From NCBI GenBank assembly GCA_002429485.1, contig DIZX01000002.1, positions 3,082 through 67,081 on the forward strand: a stretch of DNA of 64,000 bases, read 5' to 3'. Numbering within the stretch: the first letter of the stretch is position 1; each line of letters begins with the position of its first letter. The notes below the pieces were generated by a model. It did not search any database. It was not told the DNA's origin and saw only the letters and a program-made list of their open reading frames with translations. Shown in pieces: positions 7,978 through 17,246 of this stretch. Source of the DNA: Patescibacteria group bacterium UBA6017. GTDB lineage: Bacteria; Patescibacteriota; Saccharimonadia; UBA4664. The translations under genes and the position numbers were made by a program.

Positions 7978-9216
7978 TTAGTAGATGTAGCGGAATGAGC
8001 CTGAGGAGACGGTTCGCGAGCTAACGCGATTCCAGCCGCCGTTGAAGTTCATCTCGCTGACGGTCACACTGCCGCCCGAGACGCTCTCGACGTAGGCCAC
8101 GTGGCCGAAGTATCCGGCACCGGTCCAGGCGATGGCGCCAGGTACGGGGGTTGAGCCGACCGAGAACCCGGAGGCCTGGGCGTTGTAGTACCAGGCGTTG
8201 GCGTTGCCCCAGTTTGAGGGTACGCTGCGGCGTGATGCCACATAGTAGGTGCAGTAGCCGTACGAGTAACCGTTGCCGCTAAAGCCGAAGTGGGTGAGCT
8301 GGGGAGCGGACGGCCCCGTACTCGCACCGGCGACGCGACCAAAGCTGGAGACGGGGGCAGGTGCAGTCTTGGGGGCTTCCTGCTTGACGCCGTCGGGCAC
8401 GATAATCTTCATGCCAGCCGACAGACCTTTGACTTCAGCGTTGTTGAACGACAGTATTTGAGCCGCATTGGCGCTGAAGGCACCGGCAATGCTATCGGCG
8501 GTGTCACCCGCTCCCACGGTGTAGAGTAGGCCGCTGACGGGCAGGATGGTGAGTACCTGGCCGGGCTTAATCATGTCGGCATCATCGAGATTGTTGGCCC
8601 ACTTGAGGGTTGAACTCGTGATATTGAACTTGCTGGCGACGCCCGAAAGTGTGTCGCCCGACTGGACGGCGTAGGTGCTGATGTCGCGAGTGGCATTACC
8701 GGCCGTGGAGACAACTTGCCGCTTGGCAAGCGAGGTATCATCGGCGCTGAGCAAGGCAACCTGCTGGGTTTTGGTGGTGGCGGTTTTGGCGGCGTCACTC
8801 TGGATCATCAGCTCGCTTTTGCCAGCCATGTCGGCGGCGATGCTTGCCGTGGCGGCCGAATCGAGCGAAGAACCGATCCCGGCATCAGCCGACATCAATC
8901 TCACGGATACTGAATGCGCTCGGTCGGGGGTGTTGCCCAAAACGAGTAACGCAGCGGCACCGAGAAGGCCGATGTGCGCTAAGTAGCGCGGTCGGTAGGC
9001 GTGGGTAAGGACTTTTGAAGCCGTCAAAGAGTGTTTGACGATCTGTTGTGAAATTTCGAATTTACGGGCAGTGCGACGAGGTTTGGCCGCTGCTGGGGTT
9101 TTTATGTTCGAAAATGACTCTGACGTACTTCCGATTCCTGAACCGAATTGGCCCATTGGGAATTGATCTAGGGAAGCACTGAGGACATCTCTACTGATAA
9201 TGTTTCTCCACCTCAC
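7978..9216 (-). CDS. Peptidoglycan hydrolase with two LysM domains and a C-terminal CHAP domain
   Basis: LysM repeats 'YAVQSGDTLSGVASKF...' and 'YTVGAGDTADSIAGAF...'. The C-terminus 'GYCTYYVA...GHVAYVESV' is the CHAP Cys/His pattern. The track start is an alternative GTG; an ATG alternative is at 9156. Confidence 0.75.
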   Translation of the reverse strand: MRWRNIISRDVLSASLDQFPMGQFGSGIGSTSESFSNIKTPAAAKPRRTARKFEISQQIVKHSLTASKVLTHAYRPRYLAHIGLLGAAALLVLGNTPDRAHSVSVRLMSADAGIGSSLDSAATASIAADMAGKSELMIQSDAAKTATTKTQQVALLSADDTSLAKRQVVSTAGNATRDISTYAVQSGDTLSGVASKFNITSSTLKWANNLDDADMIKPGQVLTILPVSGLLYTVGAGDTADSIAGAFSANAAQILSFNNAEVKGLSAGMKIIVPDGVKQEAPKTAPAPVSSFGRVAGASTGPSAPQLTHFGFSGNGYSYGYCTYYVASRRSVPSNWGNANAWYYNAQASGFSVGSTPVPGAIAWTGAGYFGHVAYVESVSGGSVTVSEMNFNGGWNRVSSRTVSSGSFRYIY

Positions 9217-9570
9217 TCTTCGTTTTATGACACGCTGGGGCGCATACGCGAAGGTAAGATACTACTTGCGGGCCCGTCCTTCCCCCGATTAATTTCGGGG
9301 CAGAAGAATTTCGACCTGGTTAACACTTCGTTTCGACGGAACAAGTAGTAAATTGCGTCACACTAACATCTCACCTCGAGACATTGCGCTAATGCTTATC
9401 AATTTACCTTCGTAGTCTAGATCTGAGCCCATACACCTGTCAACCGAGCTTTAGGCGGTATGAAGCTCTAAAAAACGGCGAAAAGAATGCCAATTTTTAG
9501 GAGATCTGCCAGGTATCACACGTTTCATATATGTCAAATCCGAGGCTGGAAATTGCTTGGCTTATTTTTT
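9217..9570 (-). promoter_or_regulatory. Long (~350-nt) AT-rich 5' leader/promoter region of the LysM-CHAP hydrolase gene; candidate cis-regulatory RNA
   Basis: No ORF. TTGACA-like -35 boxes on the minus strand (~9440-9520). A hairpin 'ccccgaaattaatcggggg' lies close to the start. Confidence 0.2.
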
Positions 9571-9571
9571 T

Positions 9572-10558
9572 CTAGAGGTGCTTCTTGATATTAAGCTGAT
9601 GTTCGGCATAAGTTTTGGCAAAATATGTTTTTCCGTCTTTGCCCGAGAGAAAAAACAGGTAGTCGGTGCCGGCAGGATGAGCTACCGCGTCCATGGCGCT
9701 AAGCCCTGGGCTACAGATTGGTCCCGGCGGCAAACCAACGACTCGGCGCGTATTGTAGGGCGAATTGAGATCGGTGTTAAATGGCACGCCCAGCAAGTCG
9801 GCCGCGTAATGAGTGGTCACATCGGAGCCAAGGGCCTGGCCGAGCTTTAGGCGCTTGAGGAAGATCTGAGCGACCACTGGACGGTCGGCGGCGTTACTAA
9901 CCTCGCGCTCAACGATAGAGGCCAGAGTGAGCCCCTGATGCAGGTTGAGGCCCTCGGCGGCAAAGGCCTGAGCGTACTCCGGGCCGACGCGCTTACCGAA
10001 ATTGTCGAGCATATCGCCGACGAGACTGGCGGCTGTGGTGCCGGAGCCGATCTGGTAGGTGTCGGGAAAGAGGTAGCCCTCCAGACTGACACCGGCGGGG
10101 TTGCCGGCGAGAAAGGTTTGCGTATGCTCGGAGGCCAGAGCGGCCGCAAAGGAGGCCTTGGAGATGCCAATGGTTGCGGCGGAAGCCTCGATTTGCGTCA
10201 GAGTGTAGCCTTCGGGCACCACTATTCGCCGGGAAAGCGTATGGCCCCCGACCAATAATTCCGCAATAGCATCCCCGGATAGCGTCGGCGAAATCGAATA
10301 CAGCCCGACCTTGAGGCGGGGTCGCAGCAAGTGAAAGTTAACGTATGTCACAAACGCATTTCGATCGCGCAACAGACCGGCATCCTTGAGCCTCTGGGCG
10401 ATATGTTGGGCGTTTTCACCTGTAGACACGGCGAAATCCCTGGCCTCACCAGTGGAGGCAACGGGGCGCAGACCGAGGCGATAGGTGATGTATATAGAGC
10501 CAATGATGATGATCGGGATTGCCAGCAATCCCGCTGTGGTGAGACGGCGTTTGGTCAT
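9572..10558 (-). CDS. mltG: Endolytic murein transglycosylase MltG (YceG-like)
   Basis: N-terminal TM then a YceG domain ('LYSISPTLSGDAIAELLVGGH', 'GLPPGPICSPG'). Confidence 0.85.
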   Translation of the reverse strand: MTKRRLTTAGLLAIPIIIIGSIYITYRLGLRPVASTGEARDFAVSTGENAQHIAQRLKDAGLLRDRNAFVTYVNFHLLRPRLKVGLYSISPTLSGDAIAELLVGGHTLSRRIVVPEGYTLTQIEASAATIGISKASFAAALASEHTQTFLAGNPAGVSLEGYLFPDTYQIGSGTTAASLVGDMLDNFGKRVGPEYAQAFAAEGLNLHQGLTLASIVEREVSNAADRPVVAQIFLKRLKLGQALGSDVTTHYAADLLGVPFNTDLNSPYNTRRVVGLPPGPICSPGLSAMDAVAHPAGTDYLFFLSGKDGKTYFAKTYAEHQLNIKKHL

Positions 10559-10944
10559 ATGGAGTCTAAGTAATCCTGCAGAATTATGGCTGCGGCCTCA
10601 GCGTCAATCGCCTCTTTGGCATAAGATTTTCCGCTGGCTTTGAGGCGGTCTTCGGCCACCCCGGAAGTACCGGCCTCGTCTTGGTAGATCGGATCGATAT
10701 GGAGGCGACGCCACAGAATATCGTCGCTAAAACGGTGGACGGCAAGGGTCTGAGGAGTGTCCTGACCATCTAGGCCGCGCGGTAAGCCGACCACGACGGC
10801 TTCAAACGGTCCCTCACTCTCGATGGCGGCCACCAGCTCGTGCGGCGCCACCGTGCGCAGCGGCGAGGCTATCTTGACCGATGAATCGGCCGTTGCGAGG
10901 CCCACGCGCTTAGCGCCATAATCTATTCCTAAGTACTTGCCCAA
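10555..10944 (-). CDS. ruvX: Holliday-junction resolvase-like RuvX/YqgF
   Basis: 'LGIDYGAKRVGLATAD' is the RNase H-like YqgF N-terminus. The probable TTG start at 10944 removes the unlikely 60-aa extension in the track ORF. Confidence 0.7.
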   Translation of the reverse strand: MGKYLGIDYGAKRVGLATADSSVKIASPLRTVAPHELVAAIESEGPFEAVVVGLPRGLDGQDTPQTLAVHRFSDDILWRRLHIDPIYQDEAGTSGVAEDRLKASGKSYAKEAIDAEAAAIILQDYLDSI

Positions 10945-10963
10945 AACATGCCTACCTGAGTGA

Positions 10964-12661
10964 TTATTTATTACCTGCGACTTGAATTGTAATAGATATT
11001 TTATCAGGTCTTGACGGCAACTTGGAGACCCAACCGGGCCAAATCGAAATATCGGCGCGTGTAACCCCCGGCAATCCGGAGGCGATGGTACTGGCGTCGC
11101 CGTAACGCTGACCCTTGAGCTTGCCGGCAATATCGGCTTTATCGAGCCTGGTGCCGCCGAAAGCCTCGGTAGTGAGATGGAAGCTCTGTCGGCCGGTAGA
11201 ATCTTTGTCGGTAGCGGTCACCTGAGCCGCGCCCAGGCCGTCCTCGTAGATCTGATTTTTATCACCGACCTGCTTTTGCTCCTGAGAGTGGAGCAGCGCC
11301 TCATATTCTGACTGCTTGACGGCCAACACGGTGTAGGTGACTTTCATCGCTAGACTGGCGGTGTCTCCTTCGGCGCCGACGGCCGGTGACGGGGCGATGC
11401 TATCGACGGAGGAGGTTTGCGATGCGGGTAGCGCTATGAATCCGCTCGGCACTCGAGCCTGAAGATCGCGCGTGGAGTTATCCTTGTCTTTGTCGAGCAA
11501 AGCAGCCTTCTCGGTATCAACGTCGGACTGGGCTACGATCGTGGCCGTCCTGGTAGTACCGCCGGACATCTGGGCGCCTTGGCCGTAAATGTTTGCCTGC
11601 ATGGCGCCGCTGTAACCAGGGATGGTATACGTCGCTGGTGCTTCATTATAACTATCACCGGCCTGGTCGGCTTCAACGGGAATTGGATCGGATTTACCGG
11701 GTGTTGGAGTGAACGGGAAGACAGGGGCTAGCGTAACTCCCGGGACGGAGCTATCAGCTTTGCTTCGGAATATCTTGCCATCCGGTGCCTGGAATCTGGT
11801 TCCGGCTACTAGCGCGTGGGAGCTAGTGTCGTATTTATTGTAGACGGTAATCGTCCCGCTAGCCTTCGTACCAACGTCCTTCTTTCCGGTGGGCGTGAAC
11901 GGACCATTAAGATCCTTGCTGATAGTCACCAGCTGGCCGGCTAGGACGGCCTTGGCCTGGTCAGTGGTCTTGAGGGTTGGATCAACGGCGAAGGTAGTGT
12001 CTACCTCCACCTTGGTGCCGGTAGCGTAGAGCGTCACCTTTGCGCCGGTAAACAGATACATGAGGCCAAGATAGGAGACGATCAGGAAGGCGGCGAGCCC
12101 TACCCACATCACGCGCTTTTGCAGGCGCCCAAAATTGGGAACTTTGGGTCCACCCTTTTTGGCGGCATCGGTCGCCGCGGCGGCGGAGGCACCCGCTACG
12201 CCGGCTGCAGACTCATCTGAAGGCCCGGGGATGTCGGAGGGCGGCGGACCGTCGCTGATAGGCATTCGTTTCATTATGGGCTTTTTGAACATCTTCGACT
12301 TTGACTCTGCTGGTATCGGCGGAGGTTCGGGATCATCGGCTTCGATGACTTCTTCATTGGTCAGGAGTGCTTCGGGAATTTTGACGTCGGCAATAACGGG
12401 CTTGGCACCAATCGAGGGGGCCACGGCCAAGCCAACGCGCGCAGCGAGCTCGGTGGCGATGCGGTCGCCCGTCACCAAAACAAGCTCTTTGCCACCCTGT
12501 TCGGCGGCCTTTTTGAGCAATTTCAGGTTGATAATGCTTTGGAGCATCGTGGACCGCTTGGGCACCACGATCTGGACCGAGCCCGCAGCGGACTTGCTCA
12601 GCTTATCAATAGCCGACGTTATATCTTCATCGACCTCAAGGTAGAGGGCGTTGTCTTTCAT
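10964..12661 (-). CDS. Hypothetical membrane-anchored protein (565 aa; N-terminal cytoplasmic domain, one TM, large extracytoplasmic domain)
   Basis: No recognisable motif. TM at 'VMWVGLAAFLIVSYLGLMYLF'. It lies in the alaS...ruvX-mltG neighbourhood. Confidence 0.5.
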   Translation of the reverse strand: MKDNALYLEVDEDITSAIDKLSKSAAGSVQIVVPKRSTMLQSIINLKLLKKAAEQGGKELVLVTGDRIATELAARVGLAVAPSIGAKPVIADVKIPEALLTNEEVIEADDPEPPPIPAESKSKMFKKPIMKRMPISDGPPPSDIPGPSDESAAGVAGASAAAATDAAKKGGPKVPNFGRLQKRVMWVGLAAFLIVSYLGLMYLFTGAKVTLYATGTKVEVDTTFAVDPTLKTTDQAKAVLAGQLVTISKDLNGPFTPTGKKDVGTKASGTITVYNKYDTSSHALVAGTRFQAPDGKIFRSKADSSVPGVTLAPVFPFTPTPGKSDPIPVEADQAGDSYNEAPATYTIPGYSGAMQANIYGQGAQMSGGTTRTATIVAQSDVDTEKAALLDKDKDNSTRDLQARVPSGFIALPASQTSSVDSIAPSPAVGAEGDTASLAMKVTYTVLAVKQSEYEALLHSQEQKQVGDKNQIYEDGLGAAQVTATDKDSTGRQSFHLTTEAFGGTRLDKADIAGKLKGQRYGDASTIASGLPGVTRADISIWPGWVSKLPSRPDKISITIQVAGNK

Positions 12662-12713
12662 GAACTAAGACTACCATAATTGTTACGGTTGCGTTATGGT
12701 AATAAGCTTTATC

Positions 12714-12742
12714 TTGACTTTTCGCATACTAGTTGTTATAAT
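12714..12742 (+). promoter_or_regulatory. Canonical sigma70-type promoter TTGACT-17-TATAAT for the 12810 gene
   Basis: Seen directly: TTGACT 12714-12719, 17-nt spacer, TATAAT 12737-12742. Confidence 0.5.
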
Positions 12743-12809
12743 GTATTTGAGCATTTACGCTTGCAGCCTCCAAATAGCGCACCTGTGCGCCCGTCCCGAA
12801 AGGCCCGTC

Positions 12810-13484
12810 ATGAACAAACCTACTGTCGCCGTTGACTGGGAAGTGGACACGACTCCTCCTAAGACCACCGAAGAGATAGAGGGCCCAGTCTCCAAAGCAC
12901 TTACCTCGCTGGTTGCGGGCGCGATTCTTATCGGGGTCGTTTATGTGATCATAGTGGTCCTGTTTAGTCTGGCTAAGACTAGCACCCATCCGGCCGTGAA
13001 GACGCCTGTGCGGATGTCTACCTATCTCGCTGCTATCGGCTTCAATGCCGATGCACCAACAGTGAGCATAGGCAGTCCGGTACTCGTTCCGGCAGGTGAA
13101 GTCACCGGCAGCTCGGGTTCGGTGCTTGGCACCGGGAGCGGTTCCGTTCAGGGAACGTTCAAGCCAGGGCTGTATTACCCGGTGAAGATCACGATCGGCA
13201 CCAAGACGACCACGATCGTCCTCAATGGGGATCGCCAACTGGTAGCTGACAGCTCTGTCGCGCGGCCATCTCTGCAGTTCAAGACTGACCCGGCACTAAC
13301 CCAGGCCAATACGACGACATACAACTGCTGGAGCTGGAACCTGCTCAGTGAGTGCACGACGACGAAGCGCCCAGCGCTAGTTCAGTCAAAACTCGCAGAG
13401 TTGCGAAATGGGGCGGCGGCACAGCTGATCGAAGAGAACATCGGTACGCTCACCCTTCCGCCCGGAATGATGCCCAAGAACTAG
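12810..13484 (+). CDS. Hypothetical single-pass membrane protein with Thr/Gly-rich extracytoplasmic region
   Basis: Internal ATG at 12810 downstream of the promoter. TM at 'LVAGAILIGVVYVIIVVLF'. Confidence 0.45.
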   Translation: MNKPTVAVDWEVDTTPPKTTEEIEGPVSKALTSLVAGAILIGVVYVIIVVLFSLAKTSTHPAVKTPVRMSTYLAAIGFNADAPTVSIGSPVLVPAGEVTGSSGSVLGTGSGSVQGTFKPGLYYPVKITIGTKTTTIVLNGDRQLVADSSVARPSLQFKTDPALTQANTTTYNCWSWNLLSECTTTKRPALVQSKLAELRNGAAAQLIEENIGTLTLPPGMMPKN

Positions 13485-13549
13485 CCAACGGCGGTTCGGA
13501 CACGACACTCAAAATGCCTCAAGGCATGAGACAGAAGGGAGGTCACCAG

Positions 13550-13801
13550 ATGGAGCCCATGAAGCCCGAAGATCAATGGCTTAACGGCTTCACAACTTCG
13601 AAACGGCACTCCGAGTACCTGAGAGGGGTGAAAAGCGACAAGGCAGCGCGCAAAGCAGCACGGCTTAGCTTCCTCCGCGTTACCCAGCTCATGTCCCGGA
13701 TCACATCCCGGAAGGCCACTCGGAAACTCCGGCTGGTAGAGGACGGCAAGCCCCACAACCAGAGGCTGCTCGAAGAGCTTCCGACTCAGGATGACGTGTA
13801 G
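13550..13801 (+). CDS. Hypothetical small basic protein (83 aa)
   Basis: ATG at 13550 preceded by AAGGGAGG (13535-13542); Lys/Arg-rich; followed by a terminator. Confidence 0.35.
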   Translation: MEPMKPEDQWLNGFTTSKRHSEYLRGVKSDKAARKAARLSFLRVTQLMSRITSRKATRKLRLVEDGKPHNQRLLEELPTQDDV

Positions 13802-13813
13802 TTCTGATCGGCG

Positions 13814-13866
13814 GTGATAGTGGGGTTGTTTCGGCAGCCCCACTATCACATACCTATTTATTTCTC
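13814..13866 (+). terminator. Rho-independent terminator (12-bp perfect stem 'gtgatagtgggg'/'ccccactatcac' + T-rich tail)
   Basis: Seen directly in the sequence. Confidence 0.5.
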
Positions 13867-13977
13867 GCGGTTACTATCTGGTAGCTGCGATTTTTGCTGT
13901 TAATGGGCCTAAACGACTTCCATAATTGTTATGGTTAAGTTATAGTATTGCCAATAATACATGTGAGCGGATTAACT

Positions 13978-14256
13978 ATGGCTAAGGCTAAAAAGGTAAA
14001 GAAATATAAGGCGCTACTTCACGTAGACCGCCTGTTGATGGTCACCGGGCTTGCGGCGGCTACAAGCTACATCGTACGAGGTACGTGGGTAGCGATGATG
14101 TTCGAGGCAGTAGCGATTGTGCTGGGAATACTCTGGGCAGCGCGAGCCGTGATGACCAACCCCGCGCGGGAATTTCGACTTCTGGCAACCCTGATCCTGG
14201 TACTCCTCACCTGCCTGCTGGCGGTGTATCTGGGTATCGCCGACGGGCTGCTCTAG
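13978..14256 (+). CDS. Hypothetical small two-TM membrane protein
   Basis: 'MAKAKKVKKYK...' followed by two hydrophobic helices. The ATG at 13978 lies downstream of the palindromic promoter motif. Confidence 0.4.
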   Translation: MAKAKKVKKYKALLHVDRLLMVTGLAAATSYIVRGTWVAMMFEAVAIVLGILWAARAVMTNPAREFRLLATLILVLLTCLLAVYLGIADGLL

Positions 14257-14279
14257 ACCTCCGCAACTAGATCGTAAAA

Positions 14280-14308
14280 ATAGCCGCCGTTTGGCGGCTA
14301 TTTTTTTT
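14280..14308. terminator. Bidirectional rho-independent terminator (atagccgcc-gttt-ggcggctat flanked by A5 and T8)
   Basis: Seen directly. It sits between the convergent 13978 gene and the ftsA stop. Confidence 0.6.
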
Positions 14309-14322
14309 GGAGAAATATTCTA

Positions 14323-15615
14323 CTATGCCGAAATGGCGCGGGCGAGTTTGCGAACCAGTGTGTCGGTGGTGGTTTCGCCGCCGGCCTGATCGAGACCGAG
14401 GTTGGCCAGACCCATAGGAGTAATGTCGGCATAGCTGGTGAGCTTGCCGGTTTTGTCGAACACGCGATTAACTTCGCCCGGACTGATGTGATTGACGATG
14501 GGTTTGCGCGCAAAGGGAAGGTTCTTGTACCAATCTTTGCCTTTGAGGGCTTCGGCGATCTGGGGCAGGCCGGTGCCGCCGCCGCAGAGGAGGATTTTGG
14601 CGGGGAGGTGCTCGACACGTTCAAACTCGGCGAGGCTGATTTCCACACCCGAAAGCCACACCTGGATGTCGGCGTTCACGGCTTCTTCGACGAGCTTGGC
14701 GGCGCGGGCGGCCAGTTTGCCGGCGGAGTAAGCTATTTTCATTTCTTCGGCTTTTTCGAAGCTGCAATTGGCGACCTGGGCGATGCGCTTGGTGAAGCTG
14801 CGGCCGCCGATGGCGAACATTTTGGTGCCTTCGACGCCACCGTTGTTGACGAGGGCGATGTCGGTGGTGCCGCCGCCAATGTCGATGAAGATGGCGCTAA
14901 ATTCGCCGGAATCCTGGCCGCCGACGGATTTTGCGACGGCGAAGGGCTCGGCGGCGATGTTGACGAGGTTGAGATCGAGGTCCTGGGCTACGGATTGGAG
15001 CGCACCCAGGTGGACCATGGGGGCGAAGGCGTTGAAGAGCTGAATGCTTACGTCGCGGCCCTGGAAGCCAATGGGGTTGGTCACGCGATAGCCGTCGATC
15101 TGGACGTCGACAATGGCGGTATTGACGAGCTTCACTTCGAGCTCCTTGTAGCCGGTTTCCCAAGTGAGCTGCTCGCGGGCGCGCTCAAAGGCCCGGTACT
15201 GCACACGGTCGAGGATTTTGCGCAGCTCGGTCATGTCGATGGGGTCGGACGGCACAGCACGCTTGTATCTCACGACCGTAGAGGCGCCCTTCACGAGTTC
15301 ACCGGCGATACCGATGACGACGTCTTTGGCCACCACGCCGGCCATTTTTTCGGCCATTTTGAGGGCGGCGTCGCAGTTTTCGACCACGCCGGTGATATCG
15401 GTGACGGCTCCGGACTGCATGTCGGTGAGGCGCTGGCGTTGGCGGCCGACACCGATAATATCCACGTGCGAGGGAGCGCCGGAAGCAGGGTCTAGAACCA
15501 CTTGGCCGATCAAGGCCTTCACGAATTCAGTGCCAATATCGAGCGCCAGCAGATAACGGGGACCCGTGTTTCGGCTGCGGAGTCTGACGAATTTTTCGAG
15601 TAATCTAGAGGACAT
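14323..15615 (-). CDS. ftsA: Actin-like ATPase, cell-division protein FtsA-like (PilM not excluded)
   Basis: 'LALDIGTEFVKALIG' is an actin-fold phosphate-1 motif; 'LLCGGGTGLPQIAEAL' is a typical FtsA pattern; 430 aa. Confidence 0.6.
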   Translation of the reverse strand: MSSRLLEKFVRLRSRNTGPRYLLALDIGTEFVKALIGQVVLDPASGAPSHVDIIGVGRQRQRLTDMQSGAVTDITGVVENCDAALKMAEKMAGVVAKDVVIGIAGELVKGASTVVRYKRAVPSDPIDMTELRKILDRVQYRAFERAREQLTWETGYKELEVKLVNTAIVDVQIDGYRVTNPIGFQGRDVSIQLFNAFAPMVHLGALQSVAQDLDLNLVNIAAEPFAVAKSVGGQDSGEFSAIFIDIGGGTTDIALVNNGGVEGTKMFAIGGRSFTKRIAQVANCSFEKAEEMKIAYSAGKLAARAAKLVEEAVNADIQVWLSGVEISLAEFERVEHLPAKILLCGGGTGLPQIAEALKGKDWYKNLPFARKPIVNHISPGEVNRVFDKTGKLTSYADITPMGLANLGLDQAGGETTTDTLVRKLARAISA

Positions 15616-15684
15616 GCTTGACCCTTATAGACTAGATTGTAGCGCTTATGCTCGCTGGAACCAAGCGAGAATTCGCTTCGGGCT

Positions 15685-15975
15685 TTAGCGCTTCGGGGCG
15701 GGTGTTGGGGTGGCGACTACTTTGGGTGACACGGTGGGGCTAGGAGTCGGAGTGGTCACCGGAGTAGGCGTGGGCGTCGGGGTGGCGGCCAACTGAGCCT
15801 TGGCCTGTTCAACCTGGCGACGGAGACTGTCGTTATTGCCGCCTACCTCAACGTTCTTTTGCTCAAGATCATTTACGTGATTAACCAACATGTACCCGCC
15901 GACTCCGACGCCAATAACGAGTCCCGCAATGACGGCCCACAATAACATAATTAGTTTCCGGCTTGAATCTTTCAT
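15685..15975 (-). CDS. FtsB/FtsL-like septum-formation initiator (TM + coiled coil + Pro/Thr-rich tail)
   Basis: TM 'IMLLWAVIAGLVIGVGVGGYMLV', then a coiled coil 'LEQKNVEVGGNNDSLRRQVEQAKAQL'. Confidence 0.45.
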   Translation of the reverse strand: MKDSSRKLIMLLWAVIAGLVIGVGVGGYMLVNHVNDLEQKNVEVGGNNDSLRRQVEQAKAQLAATPTPTPTPVTTPTPSPTVSPKVVATPTPAPKR

Positions 15976-15999
15976 ATGGCTTTGAATCCTAACTGATTA

Positions 16000-16599
16000 T
16001 TAGTTGGTAAGAGTGGGGAGGGCTGCATTTTTCAGGGCCGCCCTGGCAGCGGCAAGCTCGTCACTGCCGGCCTGATCGTCGGCGCAATTCCAGTAGGACG
16101 GCCTGTATGAGTAAGTATAACCGTTAATCGTCTTCGTGAAGGGCAGGTTGGTTGGGGATTTGGTCGGGAATGGTGTCGCCGTGGCTTCGGCTCCTTGAAA
16201 GGGGCTCGGAGTCGCAGTCGGCTTGGGCGTTGGTGTCGCTTTGGCCTTTGTTCGCGTGAGCGTCCCAAGTGCTCCGGCTTTACAGTTCGGGTATTTGGCA
16301 AACAATTTCTTCGTCGTGAAGCCGGCCCAGGTATTGTCGCCGTCTTTGATCTCACCATAGACTAGGTCCTCGATAGGATCATTCACCGTCATTCTGACGC
16401 CATATAGCAATATCTTTATACTGGCGATGCCGGCAACAACGGGTTTAACCGGCGCTGGGGTGGAAACGGTGGGCGTGGGCACGATAGGCGTGGGTATCGG
16501 GGGTGCATCTGCCCGCATGCGAGGCAGGGTGAAGGTCAACCACACGCATACTGCCAACCCGATAAGGACACCAAGGAAAATTTGCTTGCCGAATCGCAT
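16000..16599 (-). CDS. Hypothetical membrane-anchored protein with PT-rich linkers
   Basis: N-terminal TM, repeated 'TPTP' low-complexity segments and a C-terminal domain with two Cys. Confidence 0.4.
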   Translation of the reverse strand: MRFGKQIFLGVLIGLAVCVWLTFTLPRMRADAPPIPTPIVPTPTVSTPAPVKPVVAGIASIKILLYGVRMTVNDPIEDLVYGEIKDGDNTWAGFTTKKLFAKYPNCKAGALGTLTRTKAKATPTPKPTATPSPFQGAEATATPFPTKSPTNLPFTKTINGYTYSYRPSYWNCADDQAGSDELAAARAALKNAALPTLTN

Positions 16600-16604
16600 C
16601 AGAC

Positions 16605-17087
16605 CTACTGTAGATACGAGGCCAGGATATAGCCCGCGGTCCCGTTAATCGTGACATGTGCATAGCCGCCACTTAAGCTTTCGTCAACGTATGTAACGGG
16701 CGTGTTAGCAGCAACATGCGCTATAAGAATGACCGATGACGATTTGGAGTTTGGTTGCGATCGGAAATTTGGCTGCAAGGAGGATTTTTTAACAATCGTG
16801 GCTTTGGCGGTGCTGGCGCCAAGTACCGGTGTGGGGCTGGGAGTGGGGGTTGGGCTAGAATCGGGGGTAGCGAGGGGCGTGGGGGTGGGACTAGCCGAGC
16901 TAGCCGAAGCCAGACTGTCCTGTTTCACCTGGTAGCGTAAATCAGTGATCTGCCCCTGCATTAATTTGCGGTCCTGTTCAGCGGTTTTGTTTTGGTTGTA
17001 ATTGAGGTACATCGACGCAGCCAGTCCGATGCCAAAAACGGCGGCAATTACTACCGGCAGATTGATAGATCCACGCTGGTTCATCAC
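16605..17087 (-). CDS. DivIC/FtsL-like membrane protein (TM + coiled coil + PT linker + beta-rich C-domain)
   Basis: 'LPVVIAAVFGIGLAASMYL' then 'QDRKLMQGQITDLRYQVKQ'. Confidence 0.4.
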   Translation of the reverse strand: MMNQRGSINLPVVIAAVFGIGLAASMYLNYNQNKTAEQDRKLMQGQITDLRYQVKQDSLASASSASPTPTPLATPDSSPTPTPSPTPVLGASTAKATIVKKSSLQPNFRSQPNSKSSSVILIAHVAANTPVTYVDESLSGGYAHVTINGTAGYILASYLQ

Positions 17088-17246
17088 AAGTCACTCCTAA
17101 TATTCTTCCGAGAGCTAGTATACCAAACTTAAGCTTGATACGTGGAGTGTTTTTAGATTAAAATCGTTGCATCAAACTTATGCTTACATATATTACATTG
17201 CTTATTTACCTAAAATGTGGTTTAATGCTTAAGTTCATATTCGGTT

